Assembly (NCBI GenBank): GCA_038087875.1 | Contig: CM075991.1 | Span: forward strand, 3,348,001-3,412,000 | Source of the DNA: Malacoraja senta | Taxonomy: Eukaryota | Length of the DNA: 64,000 nt | Reading direction: 5' to 3' | Made by a program: the position numbers and the translations under genes | Part shown: positions 1 through 11,800 of the stretch, piece after piece | How positions within the stretch are numbered: position 1 is the stretch's first letter | Layout of the letters: the number at the start of each line of letters is the position of its first letter | The notes under the pieces: generated by a model | What the model saw: only the letters and a program-made list of their open reading frames with translations | Databases searched by the model: none | Told to the model about the DNA's origin: nothing

Positions 1-400
1 TTCAAATTGTGCCCAGATAGAAAAAACGAAGCTAGAAGTGAAAGACCCCACCCATGCAAAGCCCGAAACTGACCAGTAGACAGTCAGTACGCAACCTAAT
101 CCCTTCCCTACCGCCATCTCTCCTAATGACAGCACCCAACGTAAAAATAAGGCATATTTACCACTCAATAGCCAAAACAAAATTAATGTTATGGTTAAGA
201 AGTGCATGTTAACTGTGGAACACAAGAGCTACTTCATATTATTTATCCAAGGTCAAAATATGAAAAACAAGAACTGCTTCACTTTGTTTGTCTAAAGACA
301 GGGGGGGGGGGAATTCCTTCAATTTAAAAAATAGAAAAGCTAAGAAAGAAGATATTAAAAATTAATACATAATACCATTACATTAAATTAACAGTATCTT

Positions 401-696
401 AGAGAAGGTAAAAGTTGTTGTTTGATACCATCAAACTAAAATTCTAAAAAGTAATTAAAGAACAACTCATCCAATTAAATTCTTACTCATTTACAAAATG
501 ATATATTATCATAATAGGAACAGTAAATCTCCGATTGTAACTTAATCAGAGAAGGTAAAAGTTGTTTGATACCATCATACTAAAATTCTATAAAGTAAAT
601 TAAAGAACAACTCATCCAATTAAATTCTTAATCATTTACAAAATGACATATATTGTCAAAATAGGAACAGTAAATCTCCAATTGTAACTTAATCAG
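401..696. repeat. Tandem duplication, 2 x ~147 bp, downstream of the minus-strand L1 ORF1
   Basis: Unit AGAGAAGGTAAAAGTTG...ATTGTAACTTAATCAG starts at 401 and again at 548, with few differences. Confidence 0.9.
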
Positions 697-853
697 CTAT
701 CAGTAGCTCCCGGTCATGGCTTCACCCCCATAAGCCTCCAGAAAGCTGGAAGCGTCTTGAGGATTGATAAAAAATCGGTTGTTACCATTAAAGAGTCGTA
801 TACGCAGTCTAGCTGGATAAAGTAAGGCGGGTCGCAACTTTTTCTTAAACAAC

Positions 854-1552
854 TCACATTACATAATGGATAGACTTTCTCAATTCCAAAAGCTCATGGC
901 TGTAATCAGGAACAAACCAAAACTTGCATCCTTCATATTCAACCATGCCCAACTTTTTTGCTGCCTGGAGGATATTCTCCTTCATCTGCAAGAAGTGAAA
1001 CCGAATGATCAAATGTCTCAGTTTATCTTGGGGACCAGATTTCTTCCCGATCCTGTGTGCGTTATCCAAAATTGGAAGATTTTCATTATGCTCGGTGTTC
1101 AAAGTCTCCTTTATAATTTTAGAGGCATATTTTATAACATTATCCCCTTCTTGACCTGCCGGCAAACCAACAATTCGCAAATTCAGTCGACGGCTTCTGT
1201 TTTCCAGATCCATATTTTTATTCTTGTATTGCTGGAGTGCCCTAGTATTTTCATTCATTTTCCGGTCCAGTTTTTCAATCTTCAAATCTCTCTCCTGGCC
1301 CAAGATTCGCAAGTTATCAATTTGTTCCTTCTGTTCACGAGATTCATCTTGTAACATAATCAGCTTGTCTTGAACTTCCTTCAATTTGCTCGAAATTTCT
1401 TTCACCATTTCTTCCAAACTGCGAAATCTTGTTTTTATTTCAATTTTCAGTTCATCGTTCATTTTCGATATTGCTTCTAAGATACCAGAGTCAGAAGCTG
1501 CGCCTCCCCCGCGCACCTTCCTTGGAGAAGCTCTTTTCCCTCTTGTCTCCAT
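854..1552 (-). pseudogene. L1 (LINE-1 clade) ORF1p, frameshifted near the C-terminus; the element continues off the left edge
   Basis: Coiled coil followed by DLENRSRRLNLRIVGLP, AHRIG, HLIIRF and PDYS motifs typical of L1 ORF1p. Confidence 0.9.
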
Positions 1553-1679
1553 CCTTTACACGATTGAAGCGTATAAAAGTGTTATCAACACTTTAAGAAA
1601 AGTTAGACCGTGCCTTGAAATCAAGTAATAACAAGTAACATTGAAAGAGTGGTAAGCAAAAAGTTAAAAGTTAAGGGAG

Positions 1680-2255
1680 CATACCCGAAGAGGAAGAAGG
1701 CAAATCCATGTCTGAATTTGTGGAGCAACTTTTGAAAACTGAACTCGCAATAACAATGGACACCAACCTTGGATCCAGCACGCGCACAGAGCTTTGGATC
1801 GCAAACCGGAACGTAACGCACCACACAGGTCCATAGTGGTAAATTTCCTGGAGTTTAATACCAAAGAAATGGTATTGAAAAAGGCCTGGGGAATGAAGGT
1901 AATGATTGACGGGCGACGTCTATCATTTGATCACGACTATGCAATGGAGGTTGTCCAGCAGCGCAAGGCATATAAGGGAATAAAGAGGTACCTGGAGGAG
2001 AGAGGTGTCCGCTTCCAGACCCCGCTGGACAAGATACGCATTCACTGGGACTCAGGAACATGCACATATCATAGTGCACAAGACGCAGCGCAGGAGCTGA
2101 GGAGGAGAGGCTACTCCATGGAGACACCAGATTACAGCGCTGAGGAGCCGGCGGACCTAGAAATGGAGCGTCTTCTCCAGGCTTTGACATGGCAGAGAGT
2201 TGGAAAGAGGAGCGAAGACGGGAGTGAGACAGCAAGCGAGCGACTACAGGAGTCT
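1680..2255 (+). pseudogene. ORF1 fragment of an older plus-strand L1, interrupted by L1 insertions
   Basis: AHRAL..PRSIVVNFLEF..LSFDHDYA..RFQTP-like ORF1 motifs in and just upstream of ORF 1794..2318; the sequence resumes after the TSD at 8526. Confidence 0.85.
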
Positions 2256-2666
2256 TTTTATTTTTTTTTTAAATTTTTATTTATTAGAAGTACATTACAT
2301 CACAGCCACATACATTAATACTCGTCATTTATATCTTCTTACAATTAATGTACTCCCTTTATTTATTTTTTTACACTAAAGAAAGAAAAGATTGAAAGAG
2401 AGAAGAAAGTGAAGGAAAAAGTGCAAGTGTAGAAAAGTGTAGAAAATGTAACAACAAAAAAGGACGAAGACCCTATGAGAGCGAAATTAAAAACAAAAAG
2501 AAAAAGAGTTAAGAAATAGGCCCTAAGAAAAGAAAAGAGAGAGAGAAAAAAAGAAAAACAAATGTTTTTTTTTTGAGCATCACGTAAATAGGACATACCA
2601 ACTCTTCAACTATCATCCCCCCTTACCCGACCTCAATTTTTTATTTTTTTAAAGTACTTTTGCACC

Positions 2667-5600
2667 CTATGTTTGTAATAATTCTATAAATGCAGACCAC
2701 GTCAGGTGGAAGTGATCTGGTTTACCTGCTAGGAGGAGTCTTATCTCTTCAAGGTGTAGTGTTTCAAACATATTTGAAATCCACATATTTATAGTTGGTA
2801 TTGGAGCCTTCTTCCAAAATTTTAGAATTAGCTTTTTTCCAGTTATTAACCCATAATCCATTAATTTCTTTTGAAACACATTTAGTTCTGGATCATCTTC
2901 CGTTATTCCGAAGATAATCCATTCTGCTTTGGGTATCAGTCTTGTTTTAAATAACTTTGTAAAGATTTCAAAAATTTCATTCCAAAATTTTTGAATTTTT
3001 GTACAGAAGACAAATGAGTGCGCTATAGTTGCTTCTTGGGATTGACATTTATCACAAATAGATGATACGTTTGGGAAAATTTTATGAATTTTAGTTTTCG
3101 AATAATATAATCTATGTAAAATTTTAAATTGTATTAAAGTGTGTCTTACATTAATCGAGCATTTATGTACTTTTAATAAGTATTCATTCCAACTTTCCTT
3201 TGAAATTTTAATAGCTAACTCTTGTTCCCAGTCTCTTCTGATACCCTCCGTAGATGGTATTTGTACATTTAAGATAATATTGTACAAATATGATATTAAG
3301 TTTGCTGATTCCGCTTTTATCTGCATTGCCTCGTCCAGTACATCTGCTGGGTTATTATGATGATCTTTTATATATTTTTTCAAATAGTCGCATATTTGAA
3401 AGTATTTAAAATATTGATTATTTCCGAGTTTATATTTTATTTGTAATTGTTGAAATGAAAGTAATTTTCCAGTTTCATACAAGTCACCAAGCGTTTTAAT
3501 TCCTAGTCTATCCCATTGTGTATAAGCTTTATCTATAATAGGACTAAACGAAGGGTTATTGACTATAGGTAATAAAAGTGATAAGTTTCTTAATTTTAAA
3601 TTTTGTTTTATTTGTTTCCAAATACGGATTGTACTATGAATAATTGGGTTCTTATTATAGTTTATGTTATTCAATTTCATTGGAGAGAGGAGGATCGCTC
3701 CAATGTTTCTAGAGGAGCAATCCTCTTTCTCCATTACAATCCAGTCTACTTGCTGGGCGGAGTTATCCATCAGTTGAATCATGTTTTTAATATTTACTGA
3801 CCAATAATAATACATAAAATTGGGTAGTGCTAGACCCCCCAATACTTTAGATTTATTCAGATGGGTTTTTTGTATTCTATGTGATTTATAGTCCCATATA
3901 AAATTAGTAATATCTGAGTCGAGTTTTTTAAAAAACTTCTTAGGTAAGTATATAGGAATTGATTGAAATAGGTATAAAATTTGTGGTAAAAAGATCATTT
4001 TTATTGCGTTTATTCGGCCTATTAAAGACATCGGAAGCGTTTTCCAGAATTTAATTAATGTATTCAGTTTATTAAGTAGGGGGTCAAAATTTGCCCTGAG
4101 CATACCTTGGTATGCTCTGGTAATTTCGATTCCCAAATATTTAAATTTTTCTGTAGCTATTTTAAAAGGGAATTTTAAAAGATGTGTTGAATCTTTCGGT
4201 TTTATTGACATAATTTCACTTTTATTCCAATTTATTCTATATCCAGAAAAAGATCCGAAGTCTTCAATTAAATTTAATATATTTGGTATAGTGATTTGAG
4301 GTTTTGTAATATACAATAATATATCATCCGCGTATAAAGATATTTTATTATATGAGTCTTTAGTATTATATCCATGAATATCAGGGTGTATTCTAATTTT
4401 TTCTGCTAGCGGTTCAATAATGAGAGCAAACAGCTGTGGTGATAATGAGCATCCTTGTCTATTTCCCCTTGATAGTTGAAATTTCGAGGATAATATGTTA
4501 TTAGTAAGTATTCTAGCTGTAGGTTTGTTATATAGTAACTTAATCCATAAAATAAAATTCTCTCCCAGTTGAAATTTTTGTAATACTTTATCCATATAAT
4601 TCCATTCTACTTGATCAAATGCTTTTTCAGCATCCAGCGAAATAATTGATAATTCTTGATCTTCAGATTTGTGTGAGTGCATTATGTTGAGTAGACGTCT
4701 CATATTATTAGAAGAGTATCTCTTAGGGATAAACCCTGTCTGATCTGGGTTTATTAATTTACTAATGTATTTACTTAATCTTCTGGCTAATGTTTTCGCT
4801 AATATTTTTTGATCTGTGTTTAACAATGCTATAGCTCTATATGAGCCAGGTTCTTCTAAATCCTTATTTTTCTTAGGTATTAATGTAATCGTTGATTCCG
4901 CTAATGTATCAGGTAGTATTCGTTTTTTAAAAGCGTATTGGTACATTTTTTGTAATCTTGGTATTATTTTATCATAAAAGTTTTTATAAAATTCATTAGT
5001 AAATCCATCAGGGCCTGGTGTTTTTCCATTTTTTAGTGAGTTTATTGTATCTTCTAATTCCTTAATTGAGATTTGTGCACCCAGTTCCTCTTGTTCCTTC
5101 AGCTCTAACTTTGGAAGATTACAGGTATCCAAGAACTTTGTGATATTATTGGAATCAATTATCGTTTTAGATGTATACAAATTCTCGTAAAATTGCGCAA
5201 ATCTTTTATTAATATCCTTCGGTGTTGTTAATAATTCCCCTTTATCTGATTTGATCTTTGGTATAGTCTGTTCCTTTTCTCGTTTTTTTAGCAGGCGAGC
5301 CAAAAGTTTATGCGGTTTATCCCCAAATTCAAAGTGCTCTTGTTTTGTAATTTGAAAAAGTCTTATAAGTTTGGCAGATAATAATTTATTTAATTTAAAT
5401 TTTAAAATTATTATTTTATTATGTTTATCTATTGATGGATCTTTAGCATTATCTATATCCATTTGTCTAATAAGTTCTTCTAACTGTCTTTGTTCATTCT
5501 TATTCTTTTTATTTTGAAAAGCTTGATATGAAATTATAATACCCCTAATGTATGCTTTAAAAGATTCCCAAAGTAAAGTAGGCGATATATCTGAAGTATC

Positions 5601-6455
5601 ATTTGTTTGAAAAAAGACCTCCATTTGTTCTTTTAAATATATACTCGCTTGTGGATCTTTTAAAATTTGAGAGTTAAATCTCCAGAATGAATTATTCTTA
5701 GACAATCCTTCCAGTTTTAAAAAGAAAGTTAGTGGAGAATGGTCTGAAATTGAATTTGTATGATATATTGCATTAGATGTTTGGGGGATTAATTTTGTAT
5801 CCAGCAGAAAGTAGTCTATACGTGAGTATGTCTTATGTACCATTGAGTAAAACGAATATTCCCTGCCAGTTGGATTCACAATTCTCCAAACATCTGCTAT
5901 ATTAGTGTTGTTTATGTAGGTATTGAGGAGTTCCCCAGTTTTCGATTTCATATTCCCTCTCTGTTTTTGACTTGATTTATCTAAGTACGGGTCTAAAACA
6001 CAGTTAAAGTCTCCGCCTATTATAACATTTTGATAGTTTGACTCTGCAATTATATTGAAGATTTTATTGAAAAAGTGGGGGTTATCAAAGTTAGGGGCAT
6101 ATATATTTACCAAAGTAAGTGGAGTGTCATGGATTTCTCCATTAACTATTAGGTATCTCCCTTCTATATCTGTTATAATATTCTTTGCTTTAAATGGTAT
6201 ACCTTTTCTTATGATAATTGACGTGCCTCTAGATTTTGAAGTGAATGAAGAGTGGTATGTTTGACCTATCCATTTCGCCCTCAGCCTAACTTGGTCCTGA
6301 GGTTTTAGGTGTGTTTCTTGTAGGAAGGTAATGTCAGAATTATACATTTTTAGCTGAGCTAATATCTTACCCCTTTTGATAGGTTCATTAATACCTCTTA
6401 TATTCCAACTACAAAATGAGACTCCTCCTAGGTTCTTTTGTGTGGTGTCATGCAT
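2667..6455 (-). CDS. L1 ORF2p: APE endonuclease, reverse transcriptase and C-terminal CCHC (1262 aa)
   Basis: SWNIRG, QETH, GGDFN, SRIDY and SDH (EN); DAEKAFD, RQGC and YADD (RT); CDKC..H....C. Confidence 0.97.
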   Translation of the reverse strand: MHDTTQKNLGGVSFCSWNIRGINEPIKRGKILAQLKMYNSDITFLQETHLKPQDQVRLRAKWIGQTYHSSFTSKSRGTSIIIRKGIPFKAKNIITDIEGRYLIVNGEIHDTPLTLVNIYAPNFDNPHFFNKIFNIIAESNYQNVIIGGDFNCVLDPYLDKSSQKQRGNMKSKTGELLNTYINNTNIADVWRIVNPTGREYSFYSMVHKTYSRIDYFLLDTKLIPQTSNAIYHTNSISDHSPLTFFLKLEGLSKNNSFWRFNSQILKDPQASIYLKEQMEVFFQTNDTSDISPTLLWESFKAYIRGIIISYQAFQNKKNKNEQRQLEELIRQMDIDNAKDPSIDKHNKIIILKFKLNKLLSAKLIRLFQITKQEHFEFGDKPHKLLARLLKKREKEQTIPKIKSDKGELLTTPKDINKRFAQFYENLYTSKTIIDSNNITKFLDTCNLPKLELKEQEELGAQISIKELEDTINSLKNGKTPGPDGFTNEFYKNFYDKIIPRLQKMYQYAFKKRILPDTLAESTITLIPKKNKDLEEPGSYRAIALLNTDQKILAKTLARRLSKYISKLINPDQTGFIPKRYSSNNMRRLLNIMHSHKSEDQELSIISLDAEKAFDQVEWNYMDKVLQKFQLGENFILWIKLLYNKPTARILTNNILSSKFQLSRGNRQGCSLSPQLFALIIEPLAEKIRIHPDIHGYNTKDSYNKISLYADDILLYITKPQITIPNILNLIEDFGSFSGYRINWNKSEIMSIKPKDSTHLLKFPFKIATEKFKYLGIEITRAYQGMLRANFDPLLNKLNTLIKFWKTLPMSLIGRINAIKMIFLPQILYLFQSIPIYLPKKFFKKLDSDITNFIWDYKSHRIQKTHLNKSKVLGGLALPNFMYYYWSVNIKNMIQLMDNSAQQVDWIVMEKEDCSSRNIGAILLSPMKLNNINYNKNPIIHSTIRIWKQIKQNLKLRNLSLLLPIVNNPSFSPIIDKAYTQWDRLGIKTLGDLYETGKLLSFQQLQIKYKLGNNQYFKYFQICDYLKKYIKDHHNNPADVLDEAMQIKAESANLISYLYNIILNVQIPSTEGIRRDWEQELAIKISKESWNEYLLKVHKCSINVRHTLIQFKILHRLYYSKTKIHKIFPNVSSICDKCQSQEATIAHSFVFCTKIQKFWNEIFEIFTKLFKTRLIPKAEWIIFGITEDDPELNVFQKKLMDYGLITGKKLILKFWKKAPIPTINMWISNMFETLHLEEIRLLLAGKPDHFHLTWSAFIELLQT

Positions 6456-7260
6456 TTTGAATAATTATAGTACCTTTGAATCTTGTGGTGCGTCCATATC
6501 CCAGGTCTTTAGGTATTGGGGGAGTTTTTGAATTATTAACTTTTGTTGGTATGTCCATATTATTCTTATCACTAAACACAAAACACAAACAAGTGATTTT
6601 ATGTAATAAAAAAAAAACTAAAAAAGTGAGGCTACAGTGTCTATAGTCGGCACTGTAGCAAGTGACCCACCTGTAGGTGGGAAAAAACCTTATTTTGACT
6701 TCCATTGCGTTGTTGCTCAACTCGCTCCGCTCTCTTAGTTAATCATAACATATTAAAATATTAAAACGAGGCCTCACATTCATATATATAATACAATTTT
6801 ACCCTGATATTTCCTTATAACATATATATATATCAGAGTTTAATTATTAAACCAATATTTTTGATTTCAATAAGAATCAGCTGTTGGTTGAAGGGGTTAA
6901 CGAGACGTGCTCCTGGACATAAGCCAGGAGCTCGTTTCTCATCCCCTCCTCCCGCTTATAGACAAGGTTACAATTTATTAAAAATTCATATTAGTATGTT
7001 AGTTCATTATTTTTTTGTTTTTTTTGTTAGTATTCTAATCTAACCTGCATAACTTTTAAAGTTGTTAATAGGATAGGTTCTTACAATTGGTTATAACATT
7101 TTAATCAATAAGCAATTATTTTCTAATTCATATCCCGTTATAAAGTTGTTTACACGTTTTGAACAGAAAATGTCCTTGCTTCAACATTCCGGAGATAACA
7201 GTGTAACTATCCCCAGACAAAACATAGCTGAGAATTATTCGGATCTGCCAAAGCTCCCTT

Positions 7261-8331
7261 TTATTTCTGTCTTTCAACAATCGTTTGGGCGTATTTGAAA
7301 GCGTCTTCAGGCTTAACAAATGACTTTTCAAGACCATTAAAAGAAATACGCATTTTAGCGGGATAAAAAACCCCGAATCTGACCCCTTCTCTCCCTCTTA
7401 AAAGATCTTTAACCTTATCAAATTTGTTTCTTTTTTGCACAATTTCATGTGGGTAGTCCCTGAATATCTTAATAGTGTCTTTGTCCAGCCGTAATTGTAC
7501 ACCATATTTGATTTTGGTCATAACATATTCCAGTTCTGCAGTGTCTCGAAATTTCACTATAATATGTCGTGGATAAGCTTTTCCCGCATCAAATCTTTTT
7601 CCAAATCTTGGGACACGATGAGCCACTTCGATTTTCGGTTCCTTGGGAAGATTCAACAGTTGTTTCAACAAGCCCATGGCAAATTCACGTACCTGTTCCC
7701 CTTCTGCCCCCTCTGAAACACCAAGAATCCTCAGATTCTGGCGTCTAGAACGAGCTTCCAGGTCCAGGCATTTGAATGAGACTTTCTCTAATTGAGTCCC
7801 CATTTGTAGTGATGCTTGTTCGTTTTCTCGCCTCATTTGCTCATGTTCTTGCCTCAATTTCGCCATGTCTTCAACCAGTCGTGCCGTATTTTTCTCCAAT
7901 TCCGTAATTGTCTGCATACTTGCAGCTACTGTTTCAAGTACAGCCGTGAACTTATCCGTAGTAATTACATCCATCTTATCCATTTTCTCTGATAGTCCAT
8001 CTTTCACCTCATCAATTCGTTTATTCATAGTGTCCAGTAAATCCGTCATATTCTTCTGGTTACCAGCATTTAAATCCTTCATCATCTTCTGCATTCCTTC
8101 CATCATTTTTGCCGAATTTTCCTTCATTTCCTTCTTATCTTCCACCCTATTATCCGAGATCTCATCTTTCAAATTTTTCATTGATTTTTTCAAGTCATCA
8201 AAGTCTTTCTTAGATCTTGTATCCATTTCTGCAGCCACTTCAGAGACTTCAGAGGTATCTTCAGTTTCAAACTGTTTCGACAGTTTATTCACAGCTCTCT
8301 GAGGGCTCACAGCTGGAGTCAATTTACTCAT
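7261..8331 (-). CDS. L1 ORF1p RNA-binding protein (356 aa)
   Basis: Long coiled coil, then DLEARSRRQNLRILGV, AHRV, PRHIIVKF, DYP and YPAK. Confidence 0.95.
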   Translation of the reverse strand: MSKLTPAVSPQRAVNKLSKQFETEDTSEVSEVAAEMDTRSKKDFDDLKKSMKNLKDEISDNRVEDKKEMKENSAKMMEGMQKMMKDLNAGNQKNMTDLLDTMNKRIDEVKDGLSEKMDKMDVITTDKFTAVLETVAASMQTITELEKNTARLVEDMAKLRQEHEQMRRENEQASLQMGTQLEKVSFKCLDLEARSRRQNLRILGVSEGAEGEQVREFAMGLLKQLLNLPKEPKIEVAHRVPRFGKRFDAGKAYPRHIIVKFRDTAELEYVMTKIKYGVQLRLDKDTIKIFRDYPHEIVQKRNKFDKVKDLLRGREGVRFGVFYPAKMRISFNGLEKSFVKPEDAFKYAQTIVERQK

Positions 8332-8865
8332 TTAAAGGGCTTCAAACCACCGTTTAAAACATCGCGTTTAACGATGACGTCATCAGCGCGGTAACCAGAA
8401 GCTCCGGTAAGGTTTTTAAAAACAATCCCGATTTTCGGACCCGTTTTACACGATAAATCGTGAAGTTTTTCGGGAGAGGAGCTGGGTGCACGTCTGTTAG
8501 TCTAACATGACGCCACCGGAAGTCCGCGACTACAGGAGTCTGAGCAGACCCCATCCAACTAGCTTTTATTGTGTCACGATTTCTTTTGAACTAGAAAATA
8601 AGTGCTATCGGATGATGTTGGATGATACTACGATGCGTGAAATGGAGTGTTTCACCTCTAGTGAGGGGGCCTCTGGAAGGAGGTTTTCCCCTCTACCTGC
8701 CCATGGGGACTCAGGGTGGCAAGGAATCACCCTTACTTGGAAGTCAACTGTTTTCTCTTTTTTTTTAATTTTCTTTGTTTGACACATGTTGTCCAGATGT
8801 TCAGACCTGCACAGTTCCAAGTTATCTGGTGATTTATGAATGCAATGCAGGATTAGGTAAATTAA

Positions 8866-11800
8866 ATGTCACGTAATACTATTAAATTGGTGTCACTCAA
8901 TGTAAATGGGATGAATAATCCAGTTAAAAGGAGCAAGGTCCTGGCTAAACTGAAAAAATAAAAGGCTCAGGTATTATTTTTACAAGAAACCCACCTGCCT
9001 CAACAAGAACATGAGAAATTAAAACGCTTTGGCTTTAGAAATGCATTTTATAGTTCCTATAAAACTAGCCAAAAGAGGGGAGTGGCTATCCTTATCACAA
9101 ATGCAGTCCAATTTGAATGCTATAAAGAAGTCAGGGACAAAGAGGGAAGGTATGTATTAGTTAAAGGAAAGTTGGAAAACAAAGTAGTGACACTGATCAA
9201 TGTATATGCCCCCCAGAGAGTACCAAATGTTTTTTCAAAACTCTGTTTGACATTATTGCTTTAGAGACTGAAGGTATTTTGATATGTGGAGGGGACTTCA
9301 ATGTGGTTATGAATCATAATTTGGATACAACAAGCCTAAAAAAAATAAGATGCATCTGACCAAGTTTATTAACACATCAGTGCAGGAAATGGGCCTAATT
9401 GATGTTTGGAGAGAACTTCACCCTTTAGAAAGGGACTACACACACTATTCAGTACCTCACCCAGTCTACTCCAGGATTGACTACTTTTTAATGAATACGG
9501 GTGAAAGCCACAGGATCACAGAGTGTAAAATCGGGGTGGCAGATGTATCTGATCACAGTGCGATAAGCTTGACAGTACACCTGAATAGTAGAAAAAGAAA
9601 TACTGTTTGGAGGCTCAATGTGGGTATTTTGAATAATAAGGTAAATGTGGAACAAATAAGGGAAGAGATAAAAAGGTATATAGAAGAGAATGATAATGGG
9701 GATGTGGATCCTGTAATATTGTGGGATGCTATGATGGCAGTTATACGTGGAAAGCTGATCGCCCTGACATCATCACAAAAAGGCCCGGCTAGCTACGTAT
9801 GAACGTAAAATAGAAAAATTTAAAGAACTGGAGAAAAAACATAAAAACATACAGGAGCAGTTGGTACTAAAACAGATTAAGAAAATAAGGGGGGAGATAG
9901 ATGAGATCCTCAGGAGAGATATGGAAGAAAAGGCAAGATTTGTAAAGCAGACCTATTATGAAGCAGGTCCAAAAGCAACTAGACTCCTGGCCAGACGCCT
10001 GCGTAAACAGCAGGTCTCCAATACAATTCATAAAATAAGAGATCCTAAAACCAATCAATTATCACATGAGCCAGATGAGATAGAAAGAATATTTGAAGTG
10101 TACTATAAGAAACTTTATTCTAAACCACCATCAGCTGACGAAAGGACAATGAGAAGTTTTCTTAACTCACTCGACCTGCCATCCATTGGTGAGACACAAA
10201 ATAATACCATTACGTCACAATTTACGGTTAAGAAGCTGGAAGCTGCAATCAGTAGACTTAAGCCTAGTAAATCACCAGGCAGCGATGGATTTCCACCAGA
10301 ATTGTACAAGGCCTTTAAGAAAGAGCTAACACCTCTGCTCCTGTCTTGCTTTCACTGGACCCTTAAAGAGGGCAGGGCTCCCCTATCACGGAAGGAAGCA
10401 ATTATTACCATTTTGCCTAAGGAAGGCAAAGACAAAGAGCAATGTAAACATTTCAGGCCAATCTCAATTTTAAATGTAGACTACAAACTATTTACCTCAA
10501 TCATTTGCAAAAGACTCGAGACTTTTGTACCAGATCTGATTAATGAAGACCAAACTGGATTTATTAGGGGGCGTCAAACACAGGACAATAATAGAAGAAC
10601 CCTCCACATTGTGGATAATGCTAAAAAAAAGGATACAAATATGGTCCTGGTCAGTTTAGATGCAGAAAAAGCCTTTGATAGTGTTAGTTGGGTATTTTTA
10701 TATGAAGTACTGAGGAGATTTGGTCTCAATGAAGATGCAATTTGGTGTATTAAAACAATATATCAGGAGCCTACAGCTAGGATTAAGGTAAATGGAAACC
10801 TATCAAAAAGGATCCAGTTGGAGAGGGGCACAAGACAAGGATGCTGTCCTTCTCCTACTCTCTTCATTTTGTATATTTAACCCTTAGCACAAGCAGTGAG
10901 GCAGAGAGAAGACCTGCAGGGGGTCAAAATAGGGGGGAAAGAACATATCATTGGTCTTTTCGCTGATGATGTCATTATTTTTCTTGAACGACCAAATCTA
11001 ATGAACCTATTTGAAACATATGGATACTACTCAGGGTATAAACTGAATATAACAAAAACACAAATTCTTTCATTCAATTATTCTCCATCCCAACAAATCA
11101 GAGACGCATATAATCTGAAATGGAATTCTAAAACGAAGCAGTATCTTGGTGTAACTATAACCAAAACACTTTCCAACATGTTTGAAACTAATTATAACAA
11201 AATTGATGAAAACATCGAAAAGGATGTTGAAAGGTTGTCTACCCTTCCTCTAGACTTCAGTGCCAGAATACAAATGGTAAAAATGAATATCCTACCTAAA
11301 CTACTATATTTATTCCAATCTCTCCCAATTAATGTTCCCCAAGACAAATTCATAGCCGGGGATAAGATGATCTTGAGATCCATTTGGAATAGCAAAAAAA
11401 CAAGAATAAAATTAACAACACTTCAACTGCCGAAATGCAAGGGTGGAATGGCTTTACCAAATCTGAGGAAATACTTTTATGCAGCTCAACTCAGACCTCT
11501 GGGCTGTTGGCGTAGACCTGATTATGAATCTCGATGGAAAGAAATGGAAAGGGAGATACAGGGTTACCAGACCCAGATTTTGGTGGGAGACAAATATCTG
11601 AGAGGGGCTTTGAGACATGCTATGGATCCAATAGTAGCATTTATGTTAGAAATATGGAATGTTATAGTGGAAAAATACAAATTAAAAAGAGGGTTTCACG
11701 CATTGAAGTGGTTCGCTTATGACTGAAAGTTTAAGCCAAGGATGTATGATTCAAGATTCAAATAATTGGCACAAAAAGGCATAACGGCAATGTATACAGT

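Larger units (their letters stand above)
2256..8525 (-). mobile_element. Full-length, apparently intact L1 retrotransposon with 16-bp TSD
   Basis: TSD GCGACTACAGGAGTCT at 2240-2255 and 8526-8541; poly(A) tail seen as a T-run at ~2255-2270; 5' end GGACTTCCGG; two open ORFs. Confidence 0.95.

Noticed and set aside
866..1354. 162-aa antisense ORF within L1 ORF1 (also 7865..8302)
   Set aside because: Antisense frames of A-rich coiled-coil coding sequence are often open; no evidence of function
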